A stretch of 64,000 nucleotides of DNA from Eledone cirrhosa (GCA_964016885.1 OZ024742.1:335296001-335360000); one strand, 5' to 3'; positions 40,909-54,153 are shown, numbered from the stretch's first letter. Notes: generated by a model not told the origin, from the letters alone. A program made the numbers and translations.

Positions 40909-40972
40909 ATTTCATCTGATGAACGCGCACCATAATTTGCCTTGGTGGCCCTTGAAATATGTATAATAAAAT
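40909..40972 (+). ncRNA. Minimal type-I hammerhead ribozyme motif
   Basis: ATTTCAT-CTGATGA-stem II (CACCA/TGGTG)-GAAA-TATGTA-TA-ATAAAAT. An outer TATTTATAAAAC/GTTTTATAAATA pairing extends stem I. Confidence 0.62.
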
Positions 40973-41107
40973 AAATATGGTTTTATAAATATAGTTTCTA
41001 TTTATTAATATATTGTGTATTTACTCCACTAACTTGTTGAGTGCTTTATATTAGTTATAAAAATGTTTAAGCTTGTTGAATCCCAACAAATTAAATATAA
41101 CCTCTGC

Positions 41108-41143
<36 letters not shown>

Positions 41144-41151
<8 letters not shown>

Positions 41152-41487
41152 ATACTTTGGGAGGGTCATGTTGCAATAAGAAACACACGCACCAGTTGCT
41201 TTCACTTCAATTTATTATAAATTAAATTTAGAAATTTAGGAATTTATAAATTTCCGGTTGGTTGGTTGGTTCCACAACCAGACGATTGTTCATATATTGT
41301 CAAAGTTCTTTCGTCGCACATTCTGTGACCTCTTCAGTGACTGTGGATTCTTTTCTTTGTTTTTGTGCCCCTCCTGGTGCGAGTGTTTCTTATTGGCAAC
41401 ATGACCCTGCCAAAGTATAACAATATCGGTTTCAACACACGTTTTCAGATAAAGAATCTTGTCTTGCTAAACAAATTCAGAAACGAA

Positions 41488-41488
<1 letters not shown>
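41144..41488. mobile_element. pLTR-like mini-element with about 50-bp inverted repeats and a tail
   Basis: 41144-41194 is inverted relative to 41374-41427. A rearranged tiny relative lies at about 28856-28906. Flanked by (TA)n. Confidence 0.65.
41299..41341 (-). ncRNA. Possible minimal hammerhead motif
   Basis: Reverse complement GTCA-CTGAAGA-G-GTC..GAC-GAAA-GAAC-TT-TGAC. Stem II is offset by 1 nt. Confidence 0.45.
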
Positions 41489-41538
<50 letters not shown>

Positions 41539-41719
41539 TAAATGTGTGTTAGTATGTGTTAGTATGTCTTTATTCATATATCTGTTAGTGTGTAGTTATA
41601 CATATATATGTTGCAGTGATCATGTGCGTATCACAAAAATCGTAGTTTTATTAAAAGAATGTATATGCAGACGAGGTCGTGAAAAGTGCAAGACACGCGA
41701 ATATGTGTGTATATATGTA

Positions 41720-41795
<76 letters not shown>

Positions 41796-41819
41796 TACAT
41801 ATATACACATATATTCGCG

Positions 41820-42428
41820 TGTCAGGTCACCAGTTGGTGCTACTGGTAACATGTATCCCAGTACAACTTGTCTCATGGTCGGGTCGTTGGCGACTAAACT
41901 GGCAACCCCACCAAGGTTTCTTGGTGAGGAGGGTGGCTTTGGGCATCCTGCAGGACTAAAAACAAAACCTGTCAAAAGGTAAAGGGGCTCCTAAGAGTCA
42001 ATGGCCATCCAAAATCACCGGGAGAGATGACCTCTTAGCCTTTGTCAAAGCAGAATTCTAGGAGAAGGAAAACTCTGATATAACACCTGCAACCCTGATG
42101 GTATCCAATGATGTTGACTTGTTCTTCTTTTTGGTAAATATCATCTTGGTTAAGAGAGTGGGACTGGCTTTGTGCAGTGCCTTTGCTCACTATAAAAGCT
42201 TCATGGCACAGGCATTGCTTTATATCTGGAGATCTCTGCACTTGTCGTCACATGGTACCATGGGCCCAGCACTATGTGTCAATAATTGTCACAGGTGTAG
42301 TGTTTGAACCAGAGTTTTCAAGTCGCTGGCTGGACTAAAAAGTCACACTCGTTCAGCGCATCGGTAGGGGTTCTCCTACATGGATATAAGGTAGTGGCCG
42401 TACTCGAAAACGAGTTGGCAGCCACCAT
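41820..42428 (+). mobile_element. Bipartite RTE-derived element, full-length copy E
   Basis: Reverse orientation relative to copies A-D. Ends GGCAGCCACCAT-(AT)n. Confidence 0.88.
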
Positions 42429-42984
42429 ATATATATATATACATGTATGTATATGTGTGTTTGTATATATACATGTATATATATATATATATGTGTGTGT
42501 GTGTATGCGCGTGTGTATATGCGTGTGTGTGTATGTTTATGTGTGTGTATGTGTATGTGTGTGTGCGAATGTGTGTATGTGTGTATGTGTGTGTATGTGT
42601 GTATATGTGTATATGTGTATATGTACATATGTGTGTGTGTATATGTGTGTGTATGTGTATGTGTGTGTATGTGTGTGTGTATGTGTGTATGTGTATGTGT
42701 CTGTGTGTGTATGTATATGTATGTGTGTGTGTGAGTGAAATCAAGATTGGGCATCAAAGTTTGCCATGGCCGTGTAAATCCCGTTTCCTCTCTGGACAGA
42801 TGGCTGTTCTGTCCGTGATATGTTCTCTTCCTTGATAAATTGAGTGGATAAAATTGCTCAAGAACCGAGAGAGAAAACTAATGTTGATAGAGAAGGTGGT
42901 TAAATGTTGTGTAATGCCGGGAATCAGAGATAAAGGCACGGCCGAATAGTTTTATCTGACTTTATTTTTTTTGTCATTGCCCTT

Positions 42985-43660
42985 GTTTTTGTTGTTGTTG
43001 GAGGTGATGGTGGTAGTGGTAGTGGTGGTGATGGTGGTGGTAGTGGTGGTGGTGGTGGTGGTGGTGGTGGTGGTGGTATTGTGGTTAGTGGAGGTCGTGA
43101 CGGTGATGATGGTGGTGGTGTTGATGATGGTGATGGTGTTGGACCCGGTATTGTTGGTGGTGGTATTGTTGATGTCGGTGGTTGTAGTGATGGTGATGGT
43201 GGTGTTGGTGTTGGTCTTGGTCTTGTTGGTGGTGATGGTGGTGGTAGTGTCGGTGGTTGTAATGGTGGTGGTGGTGTTGGTGGTGGCGGTGGTGGTGGTT
43301 GTCATTACACTTGTTTTTGTTGTTGTTGCTAGTGGTGGTGGTGATGGTGGTGGAAGTGGTGATGTTGGAGGCGGTATTGTTGGTGGTGGTGTTGTTGATG
43401 TCGGTGGTTCTAGTGGTGGTGGTGATGTTGGTGGTGGCGGGGTGATGGTGGTGGTGGTGGTGTTTGTGCTGGCGGTGGTGGTGGTGGGGATTTTGATGAT
43501 GGTTAGGTAAGCATTCTTATCATCATCGTTGTTGATAGTGGTTGTTGTTGTTGTTGTTGTTGGTTGTGGTTGTGGTTTTTCGTAGTTGTTTTTGCCTTTG
43601 TCGTCGTCGTCGTCGCTGTCATTGTTGTTGTTCTTGTTGTTATCGTTGTTGTTTTATCAA
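42985..43660. repeat. Degenerate (TGG)n / (TTG)n microsatellite
   Basis: Directly visible. Confidence 0.9.
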
Positions 43661-43929
43661 TATTGTTCTCGTTGCTGTTGTTGCTGCTGTTTTCTTCTAC
43701 TAAGCGGAACTGTAAGAAATAACGGAAAGTGGCGTAAAGTAGCGAATATGGAACGTCAAAAGTGATAAGAATATCTGAATGGTTTTCCATTGAAGAATAC
43801 ATAACACTTGAAGAATTTGAAACGAGATATCTTGAAAATACAGAAATACAGGCTTGGAAACGGAAATGATTAAAAGTATTAAAAGTTTTGTTGGTTTGTT
43901 TTGTTCTGTTTTTTTGAGGGGGGCCAAAT

Positions 43930-44350
43930 AATAATGGTTTCTGATTTAGGCACAAGGCCAGCAATTTTGAGGGGTGGAGGAAAGGAGGATAGTCGATTAA
44001 ATCGACGCCAGTGTGTTACTGGTGTTATATTTTATCAACACCGTAAGGATGAAAGTCAAAGCTCACCTCAGCGAGATTTGAACTCAGAACGTAAAGAGAC
44101 GTAACTATACACCGCAAAGCATATTGCCTGACGCCCTACCGATCTGCCAATAATAATAATTATTATTTCTACTTTTGGCACAGCAATTAAAAGGCCAGCA
44201 ATTATCCCAGTGTATTACTGGTACTTTATTTTATCGACCCCGTAAGAATGAAAGGCAAAGTTAACCTCGGCAGGATTTGAACTCAGACCATAAAGGGCCG
44301 TAACTCTTTGCTGCAAAGAATGGCGTCCGACACTCTACCGATACTGCCAA
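43930..44350 (-). mobile_element. Two tandem tRNA-derived SINEs
   Basis: Units at about 43930-44150 and 44160-44350, each the reverse complement of the 61394 family and separated by (AAT)n tails. Confidence 0.8.
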
Positions 44351-45135
44351 TAATAATGTGGTTAGATAAGAATAATTTAGTATTATACTAGAGGGGTGTT
44401 TGCTAGGGACGGCACGAATCTTGAGATATCTGTTGAATAACTGAGGCCAGATGAAATTGACTTGGTATTTGACAAAAATTACAATTTAAATAACTATACG
44501 GTGTGCTTGCAAATAAAGATTTTTAGCTGTTGCTTTTCATCTTCTTCTTCTTTTTTCTTCTTCTTCTTCTTCTTCTTCTTCTTGCAATCACACCGTGAAG
44601 AAGAAGAAGAAGAAGAAGAAGAAGAAGAAGAAGAAGAAGAAGAAGAAGAAGAAAGAGGAGGATCTCAACTAAAAACAGATCTCCGTAAGGTCATGATAAA
44701 ACGATGGCAAGAAAAAACCCGTACATAACCAATATCCGATAAAGCTGAGCAGAGATGAAGTAGACAAAGGAAACTCAAAACTAGTTTTAAAGCATATAAG
44801 AATTCTTAATCACAGCTCAAGATCAAAGCCTTCCCACCAGTTACTAGAAAAAGTACATAATGAAGCAGAGCACAAGTAACTACGGAATAAGTGGAGATGA
44901 AGAAAAAAACAATGTATAACATCTCTTTGGCTGCTCAATTTTAGGCCATGAAAGAATCCATCTACTGACTGTTGACAACCTGCTGGGAGCTGAGTGTCTG
45001 ATTAATTAAAACTTTTACTGTGATAAAATTGGTAGCGATTGTGACACTGGAAATCCTTTATCGTGGACAGTTTGGAATTTTTAACTTCTAGCTGCTCGGA
45101 ATGTTTAACTACTAGCAATCCAGATGTCATCTACA

Positions 45136-45183
<48 letters not shown>

Positions 45184-46012
45184 ACTTCAAACTGTATTCA
45201 GAAACAAAAGCAACAATTGAAGACGTGTTTCGGATTGTTTCGCAAAAGCTGGTACATTACAATTTAGAAATGCAATAGTGAAAACTAGTGGGGTAAAATG
45301 AGAAGAACGAAACAAAACAACAGTTTACACTTCTACTGTATATCTCATGATATTTCGAGGTAAAAAGACCTTTTTTACATAAAATAATGAGCTTTGTCGG
45401 TTTTACGATCGACGCTGTGCTGCGTAGAAATCGTTTATGAGGAGTGGTGACTAACGCTGCCGAAGTTTGTACGTTTGTATAAATTTGGTACTATTTGACT
45501 TTAATTTGACTTTTCTGTGCGTTTGGTACTACGTCCGGATTATTTTATTTTTTTTTACGCTTTACATGTTGCAAATTTCGCTTAATTGATATTCTAAAAT
45601 CACCATTTAATGATTTACAGTTCATTAACTATAATGAGTTTTATGTCGATAAGCTATCCATTAAATGTATTTACCAGTCAGATTTCCCTTGTCACCAATA
45701 CTCTTCTGCGTATTATTTCAAATAGGTAGCCAACCATCTTCTCTATTATCCTGGTAGCCAATAATAATTCACTCACAATCGATTAGTGGACGTTTTATTT
45801 AAATAGTATCCGCTGACAGCACGCAAGGACATCTAAATATAGATAGATTAAGACGAATTCTTGGAAGACAACCGATTCGGTTCAGTTTTAGCAGTGCCAC
45901 GGCGTGCTGTGTGCTTTGATAATGTCATCTTTCAATATCTGAACTGTTCTGATTTTTTGAGAAACAGTTTGAACCCATCATGAGTGGAAACAACTGAATA
46001 TAGAATATCATT

Positions 46013-46550
46013 GTGAGTGACGGAAATGACACTGCTCAGAAGAAATATCTGAAAGCCACTTTCTATGAAAGAAAAGTTCCGTCAAAATTATTAAACGATG
46101 ATAAATTTTCTTTGTGGTTGGAATTGAGTAAAAATAATGCAAGTAAAAACCACTGTAAATTGTGTAATTGTGAGATAGCTGGTAGCTTAAGTCAAATAGT
46201 AAGGCATGAAGAGGCAGAAAAATACCAAAAGAATGCAAAAGTAGCGAAACAAACAGTGAAGGTGACAGTTTTCATAAAGCCTGTTCAATGTTCTGCTCAC
46301 TTAAAGAAAATAGCATCAACTAAGCTGAAACTGTGTGGATTTATTGCTGGGCATAAACTACCCATTTCTATTTTGGATCATTCCTGGCCTTATTGCCAAC
46401 GTATGCTCTGATTTAAACATCGTCAAAAACATCAAGTGTGCAAGAACTAAAGCAGCTTGCATTTTTCAAATGTGATCGGTCCCCATGCTTTCAATGATTT
46501 ATCGTCTAAGCTAAATTCAGCAAAATTCTCCCTTATTGTACATGAAACAA
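46013..46550 (+). pseudogene. Degenerate hAT-superfamily transposase N-terminal part
   Basis: BED-like finger (W..L...HCKLC...IVRH), then FIAGHKLPISILDH, NIKCARTKA and KFSLIVHET (catalytic D apparently lost). Frameshifted. Confidence 0.6.
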
Positions 46551-47033
46551 TGGTTATTTCTATGACCATGATAGCTAAAACAAACTATATATAGTATTCG
46601 TCGATGTTGTTAATGTTGTTATATACTATGGCTGCATATATCTTGACTAAGTGATGAATCTTGTTACTCAGGAGTTTCCTCTGTGTAGTCAGAATGTCAG
46701 ATGACGAGTCTGTGAATACACAGGGGAACATCTAAAGTAACAAGATTCATCACTCATCTATAATAAAGAATATTTAAACCCTACTTCAGTATTGAGTACT
46801 CATTCTCATGCCCGCCAACATCATACGGATATATATATATATATGTGGGGGGGGTGATAAGTGTGAACTGAAGTGGTACTGAACGAAAGCGCCGTTCGAT
46901 ATGGCGTCTCTGGTCTTAGGAGCAAACTAATAGTGATTTAGGTGTTAGATTAAAGGATCATTGAAACAAAATATTGAGTAGCTTTTAAGAATTGGCTATC
47001 TATATACATATATATATATTAATATAAATATGT

Positions 47034-47064
<31 letters not shown>

Positions 47065-47089
47065 CATATATATATATTAATATAAATAT

Positions 47090-47164
<75 letters not shown>

Positions 47165-47376
47165 ATATATATATGTACATATATAAATATGTACATATAT
47201 ATATGTGTGTGTGTGTATGTATATGTATGTGCGTACATATTTATAGTAATATATATATACACATGTATATATATAAAGAAGTGTGTTTGTATGTGTATAC
47301 GTATATACGTATATTTATCGAAGTATAACAATTGAATAAATTTATGAATATATGTGTTCTATGTGCGTGTGTTTAA

Positions 47377-47443
<67 letters not shown>

Positions 47444-48497
47444 ACAGATAGCTGGTTACATACATACACAAATCCTGTTGTTGATAAGATCTCTTCCTCT
47501 CACTCTCTCTCACACCCACTCTCTTCCTATTTCTCTCTTGCTCTCTCGTTATCTCCCTTAAGGATTGGTTAATCATAAAATATATAAATATAAATGAAAA
47601 TTTCAAAAAAAATACCTCCTAAATGTTGAGCGGTGAGAGTCATAATTCTTTCTTGTGATCTTAGCTCTAATGAATAGTGGGGTAGGTAAGTAACAAAGGG
47701 GTGAATCATATCGTACATACGGGTGTGTAAAAGAAATACTGTCTGTGTTTGGGTATAGTGTTTTTGCTTATTGTACTTTTCAATGGTTTTGAAAATGTTT
47801 ATGTTAAAATTTAATGAACCATGATTCGTTCGTAAATCCATGGATCCTTAACTGTGTTGGACATTTTGAACTTGGTGGAGCCCATCCTTTTCCACGTCTG
47901 AATATAACCAAATTTTTTTTTTTTTTCGGAGAAGGAGAGGGAGCGGGAGAGAATGAAAGTGAAAGAGAGAGGTTGGGGCAGAATCTACCCTAGTACTAGA
48001 TTTGTATTTTATTTATCGACTCAACAATAATGAAAGCAAAGTTGACCTCGATAGGATTTGAACTCAGAGAGCAAAGAGCAAAACTTTCTATCCGACGTTC
48101 TAGAAGTTCTGTCAATTCGACGCCTTCACATCTTGTTTACGGGTGTATATAAGGGACAATCTATTTCAGGGATGGGGTATAGTGTTGTTGTTTATTGTGC
48201 TTTTCAATGGCTTTGAATATATTTATGTTTAAATTAATTGGGTAAAACAGTAGTATTTATTATTTAGGAGGTGTGGTGAGTCTTGTAGGTGTGGAGGATT
48301 GGTAGGGGTAGATTTTTGTATATTTTCTCTATCACCATTTTAATTTTACTGATCGATATTATCTTGATGATATTTTTCTTTTTAATATTTATATTTTTAT
48401 CTATTCTATTTCGTAAATATATATATATGTGTGTGAGTGGGGGGGGGGGGGGTGTATATGGATTTAGATCGATATCCTGTGATATATATATATACCA

Positions 48498-48684
48498 AAC
48501 ACGTAGTCTAGTTATTAGAGTATTTAATTCATGTGGTCGTGGGTTCGATTCATGGGCATGGCAGTGCGTTGTGTTCTTGAGCAAAATATTACCGTGACCG
48601 CCAGAGATAGTGAGCAATGTAAACATCAATGGAAACATGCTTTCCTTAGTCCCATTTAAAAACCACCTGTTATCCTTTTCTTTG

Positions 48685-48746
<62 letters not shown>

Positions 48747-49018
48747 ATATATAAAGACCCCCCCCCCCCCATACACACACACCCTTCGTTCACGAATAAC
48801 CATGGGATTTGCACCTAGACAGTTTTCTTCCGAGACATAAATCCGGGCAAGGTTATTTGTAGAGGAGCAGCAGTCACCTATGAATACCAGTCTCCCCTCT
48901 CCATGCCACCGATGTTGTCTAAGAGAAAGGCTATGGCCGATACAGCTTGGCACCAGTGACGTCACAACTCATATCTACAGCTGAGTAAACTGGAGCAACG
49001 TGAAATAAAGTGTCTTGT
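48498..49018. mobile_element. SINE fragments (plus-strand tRNA head at about 48498-48600, minus-strand body at about 48795-49018)
   Basis: GGTTCGATTC B-box followed by TTGTGTTCTTGAGCAA. Reverse-complement CAAGACACTTTATTTCACGTTGCTCCAGT core-like body. Confidence 0.55.
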
Positions 49019-49129
49019 ATATATAATCGATAGAAGTTATGCAACTCCGTACTATCAGCTTCGAAAAGGCACATCTAATCTGTTGTCTATCAATCAAAAA
49101 TAATCTACCTGCTTAAGTAAAATACTAAC

Positions 49130-49165
<36 letters not shown>

Positions 49166-49166
<1 letters not shown>

Positions 49167-49361
49167 ACGAAGGAATTGTGGTAAGGAACCAGATGGACCA
49201 TAACGCACCAGAGTACTCAATACTTAGGGTAGTAGAGTGCGTAATAGGAAAAAGTATGACCCCGACGGCAGAGCTCAAGCCGTTTCGACGGCTATTTCTG
49301 GACTGAGTCCAGAAATAGCTGTCGAAACGGCTTGAGCTCTACCGTCGGGGTCATACTTTTT

Positions 49362-49366
<5 letters not shown>
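49166..49366 (-). mobile_element. Palindromic mini-element, copy 3
   Basis: Tail at 49166-49243 plus hairpin at 49244-49366. (TA)n on both sides. Confidence 0.82.
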
Positions 49367-49401
<35 letters not shown>

Positions 49402-49429
49402 GTTTAGATGTGACTACCCATGTAAACTC

Positions 49430-49517
49430 GCATATCTGAGGTGGTGTCGATTGAGAGTCGGAATCCGATCGCCTGATCAAACCCGAGCTGATAGATATCG
49501 AAACAGTTGTAATATGC
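49430..49517 (+). ncRNA. Hammerhead motif with a core variant (CUGAGGU) and a long loop II
   Basis: Stem I GCATAT/ATATGC, CTGAGGT, stem II GGTGTC/GATATC, GAAA, CAGTTG, GUA triplet, followed by AATAAA. Confidence 0.58.
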
Positions 49518-49552
49518 AATAAAGTTTCATAGCATGCTTCAAATCTGACTTC

Positions 49553-49633
<81 letters not shown>

Positions 49634-49782
49634 TTCTCTCTCTCTCTCTCTCTCTCTCATACACCAGATGGGAATGACTTCTACAAATCTAGAACTATTT
49701 CATTCGCTTGAAATCATCATCTAATTTCAAACCAATGAAACAGTTCTAACCCTATAGAATTAATTTCTAACTGAAATAAATC

Positions 49783-49832
<50 letters not shown>

Positions 49833-50238
49833 GTCTGTCTGTGTAGTCATACACGCGCGCATTTAATATATATATGTATATATAAGCATACGTCTGTGTG
49901 CATATTCACACACATTAACTGAACGACGTTTGTTACAGAGTAAGGTTACTTAGGTCGGATGCGAGTAAGTTAATATACCTGTCAAATTTTGAGAAGCTTT
50001 TCTAAAAATTCATTAAATCAGACGATAATATTTGAAGATCTTTCGAGGACAGCCAGAAAATGACAGCCTATACCGTCATTACAGTCAACACATTGTATTA
50101 TCTATCATATCTCCGTAGCTATCACTGTTTCACCGTTGTTTCCAAATACAACTATATTATCTATAAAACTGTGTATTAATGTGTATGTATCTATATATAT
50201 ATAAATGGTTGGGCATGTATATGTATATGTGCATGTAT

Positions 50239-50346
<108 letters not shown>

Positions 50347-51123
50347 GTATGCATGTATGTATGTATACATGTGTGTGTGTGTGTTTACTCATATAAGCAT
50401 GTAAATATATGTATATATTTTTTATATCTATATATGCGTGAAATCACATACAGATATATAAAATGCGTATATGTATGTATGTATGTATGTTTTTTCGTAC
50501 GTATGTATGTACATACGTACTTATGTACGTATGTACGTATGTATGTACGTATGTATGTATGTACGCATGTAATTATGTATGTATAGTGTGAGTGTATATA
50601 TGACAGGGGGCGCAGAGGTTGCTTCAAATAAAGTTATTGATTAATTATGGCTGGGGTGTTTAAGATATAAATAATGATGTACAGCAAAGAGTGGTGGTGG
50701 TGGTGTTGGTGGTGGTTATAGTGGTGGTGGTGGTGGTGGTAGTAGTAGTAGTAGAAGTAGTATTAGTGGTGGTGGTGACAGTGGTGATAGTGGTGGTGGT
50801 CGTCGTTGTCGTGGTGGTCGTGGTCGTGGTGGTGGTAGTGGTGGTGGTGGTGGTGACAATGGTGGTGGTGGTGATGGTGGTGGTGGTGGTGGTGGTTGTC
50901 GTGGTCGTCGTGGTGGTTGTTGTGGTTGTAGTGGTGGTGGTGGTGGCAGTGGTGGTGGTCGTCGTTGTCGTCGTGGTTGTGGTGGTGGTGATAATGGTGA
51001 TTGTGGTGGTGGTGGTGGTATGTTGGTGGTGGTGGTGCTGTTGCTGCCGCTTGTGGCGGTGGTTGGGGTGATGGTGGGTGCGGAGTGTGACTAAGGTGCG
51101 TGGTGGTAGTAGTAGTAGTAGTG

Positions 51124-51167
<44 letters not shown>

Positions 51168-51615
51168 TGTAGTAGTAGTAGTGACTAAGAAAGATTGTTA
51201 TTATAGTTTATTGATGCCGGGTGTTGAGAAACTACAAACAACCGAACTGCTACAAATAGCTGTCAAATTCACCCAAATCCACGCTCAACCATCTGAAATA
51301 ATTGGGTAATGGACATAGAAAAAATTAGATAGTTGGATTATCTTTGATCATAGGTTTGCTCATTCAGTGATTTAGGGCCAAATAATGTCTACTATATGTC
51401 TTTGTTTAATGGTATCAGTTAAAAGACTGCGGGCATGCTGGGGCATCACCTTGTAGAGACTTTTATTATTTCAAGCGTGGTACATATTCTATCAATCACT
51501 TTTTGTCGAATTGCTAATTTACAAGACATCGACAGCCTTAAGCGTAAACACATACACGTAGATGCGCGCGTGTACACACATACATAAAGATTTAGCTATG
51601 CAGGCTTTTTTTAAT

Positions 51616-51721
<106 letters not shown>

Positions 51722-51870
51722 CGTGTGTGTGTGTGATGTGTGTTAAGTATTTCCGTATAAAACGTAAAGGAAAGAAGAGTGCTCTATGTATTGTACAGGC
51801 CTATTTAATTACATAATAAACCACACAATATAATTATTCCATTACCGTTCAACAGATAAAATAATTAGGA

Positions 51871-51952
51871 TAATTATTTTATCTGATGAACGGACTGGAC
51901 GCTTCTGTAAGAATCGTCTAGTTTCTTGAAACCTTCTGTAATGAAATAATTA
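51871..51952 (+). ncRNA. Minimal type-I hammerhead ribozyme motif
   Basis: 12-bp stem I TAATTATTTTAT/ATGAAATAATTA, CTGATGA at 51883-51889, stem II ACTGGACG/CGTCTAGT, GAAA at 51928-51931, GUA triplet. Confidence 0.72.
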
Positions 51953-52467
51953 TATTGTGTTGTTTATTATGTAATCATATATATATATATATATATTTTT
52001 TTTTTATTTTATAGAAGGAGCTTCTACAAAAACATTCTGGCCACCTGTGGCTTGTATGTTAACTTGACCACTCACCCCAGTCTGTGCCATGATTCTGTCT
52101 TGTTAAATGTTTAATTTCTATTACCAACCCACCTAAAAAAATTCCCTACTATATATCTGTTGAATTACTATTCTTGGGGTTTTTATTTATTTTTTTTTAT
52201 TTTTTTTTTTATTTTTTTTTTTATTTTTTTTTTTCTTTATTTATTTATTCATTTATCTATTTATTCATTTATTTATTTATTTACTTATTTATTTATTTCA
52301 AAAAAGCACTCTGGCTAATTGACCCCTCCCCAAAGAAAAAAAGGCCTGTGCCATGAAGTGGTCCTGTGTATCTAAATACCATCCCACCCCAAAAAATCCC
52401 CCCCCATCCACCACCCCTCCCTTACCACTACCTAAATGTATAAATACCAGAACTTAATATGACACCC

Positions 52468-52518
52468 AGCTTCCTGAAGATTTCATCTGAATGAAACAGT
52501 ACTAGTCCTGTAGAAGCT
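52468..52518 (+). ncRNA. Type-I hammerhead ribozyme motif
   Basis: AGCTTC-CTGAAGA-T-TTCA-TC-TGAA-T-GAAA-CAG-TACTAGTC-CTG-TA-GAAGCT. All three stems pair. Confidence 0.75.
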
Positions 52519-52537
52519 CCTTCTATAAAATAAATAA

Positions 52538-52570
<33 letters not shown>

Positions 52571-52678
52571 AATAAAAAATGTTTACTCTGCCATGTATTG
52601 AGTACCTTACTTACTGTGGTTATCCCCGACTCAACCCGGGACCTACGTATATATATATATATATATAGATATATATAT

Positions 52679-52720
<42 letters not shown>

Positions 52721-52725
<5 letters not shown>

Positions 52726-53368
52726 TTATTGCACCGACGTGAGGTATATGATTTTTAATGCAATGAAATATCTATGATCGTCGGCAAATCACTGATGAGG
52801 GACTTATTTTATTACATGTTATCCATGTGCAACCTGCAGTATTCTTCTCCCCATTTTTTCACATATATTTACCTAAACTGCGATTCTGTTTTTTTCTCTC
52901 TCTCTCTCTCTTACTGCTCCCTCGCTCTCTCTGTTTCTCCTACTTTCTTTCGCCCCCTCTGTCATGTCAGTTAACTCTTCCTCACACTTCCACTCACTCA
53001 CTGTTTCTCCTCTTCTCACTTCACCCCGTTCGCGACGAAATCATTTTCTCTCTTTCTCACATTTGAATTCGCTCCTGAAAGGTCTTTTTTCTAAGCGCTC
53101 ATATATTCACCTAGCTTATGCTAACAGAATAACTATCAAGCTTGTTCCCTTCCTTCTACGGTTAGCTATCCTCTTTGTTGTTATCTTGTTTCACTCGCTT
53201 TACGCGTGTTAATTGTCCTAATAACTTAATTTAGTTATTATTGCACCGATGTGAAGTATATGATTTTTAATGCAATGAAATATCTATGATCGTCGGCAAA
53301 TCACTGATGAGGGACTTATTTTATTACATGTTATCCATGTGCAACCAGCAGTATTCTTCTCCCCATTT

Positions 53369-53378
<10 letters not shown>
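52721..53378 (+). repeat. Two ~148-bp direct repeats 512 bp apart (tandem pLTR-like)
   Basis: 52721-52868 versus 53233-53378, nearly identical. Both contain CTGATGA. Flanked by (TA)n. Confidence 0.85.
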
Positions 53379-53414
<36 letters not shown>

Positions 53415-53529
53415 TGCCGGTTTCACAGACATACGTATAATAAACGTGATTATATTACTTCTGTTTTAACGTTTATGTCATACACATGCACACACACACA
53501 CACATACACACACACACACATCCACAATG

Positions 53530-54120
53530 CAGGTGGGTTCTATAGAAGTGGTTAATAGCTTCCGGTACCTATGTGATCAGATTAGCACTTGTTCCGAGGC
53601 CATAGTATCTAGAATAAGGATGGGTTGGAAGAAGTTTAGGGAGCTGCTTCCTCTGTTGACAAAGAAGGGTTACTCCCTGCGTTCGAAAGGCCCGTTATAT
53701 GATGCCTGTGTGAGATGCGCGATGCTGCATGGTAGTGCGACATGGGCAGCAACTGCAGAGGATATGCGATGGCTGGAGAGAAATGAAGCAAGCATGCTCC
53801 GTTGGATGTGCAATGTCAATGTGCGTGAACGGCCGAGCATGGATGTGTTGAGAGAGAAACTGTGTCTGAGAGGGATAAATTGTAATGTGCGGGAGAGAAG
53901 ACTGCGATGGTATGGACATGGGATGCGCATGGAGGATGACCGCTGGGTAAAGAAGTGCCAAGAAATCCCAGTAGAAGGAAAACGCAGTAGAGGAAGACCA
54001 CGAAAAACATGGGCGGAGGTGGTGAGAGCAGACCTCAGATCTCTGAAGCTCGCGGAGGAGATGGCGAAGGACCGAGACAAGTGGAGAGATGCTGTGCAAG
54101 CAGGGATAAGCGGACCTAAA

Positions 54121-54153
<33 letters not shown>
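53530..54153 (+). mobile_element. 3' fragment of an RTE-clade LINE with an (ATG)n tail
   Basis: IEVVNSFRYL..RIRMGWKKFREL..MLHGSATW..RRLRWYGH..RGRPRKTW..DRDKWR. The tail starts at 54121. Confidence 0.88.

Noticed and set aside
42737-43880. Two unique islands (42737-42960 and 43700-43880) as candidate exons
   Set aside because: No clear splice-site pair or homology in any frame I read.
44680-45000. Possible decayed I/Nimb-type LINE 3' end
   Set aside because: Only a vague resemblance, with no intact motif.
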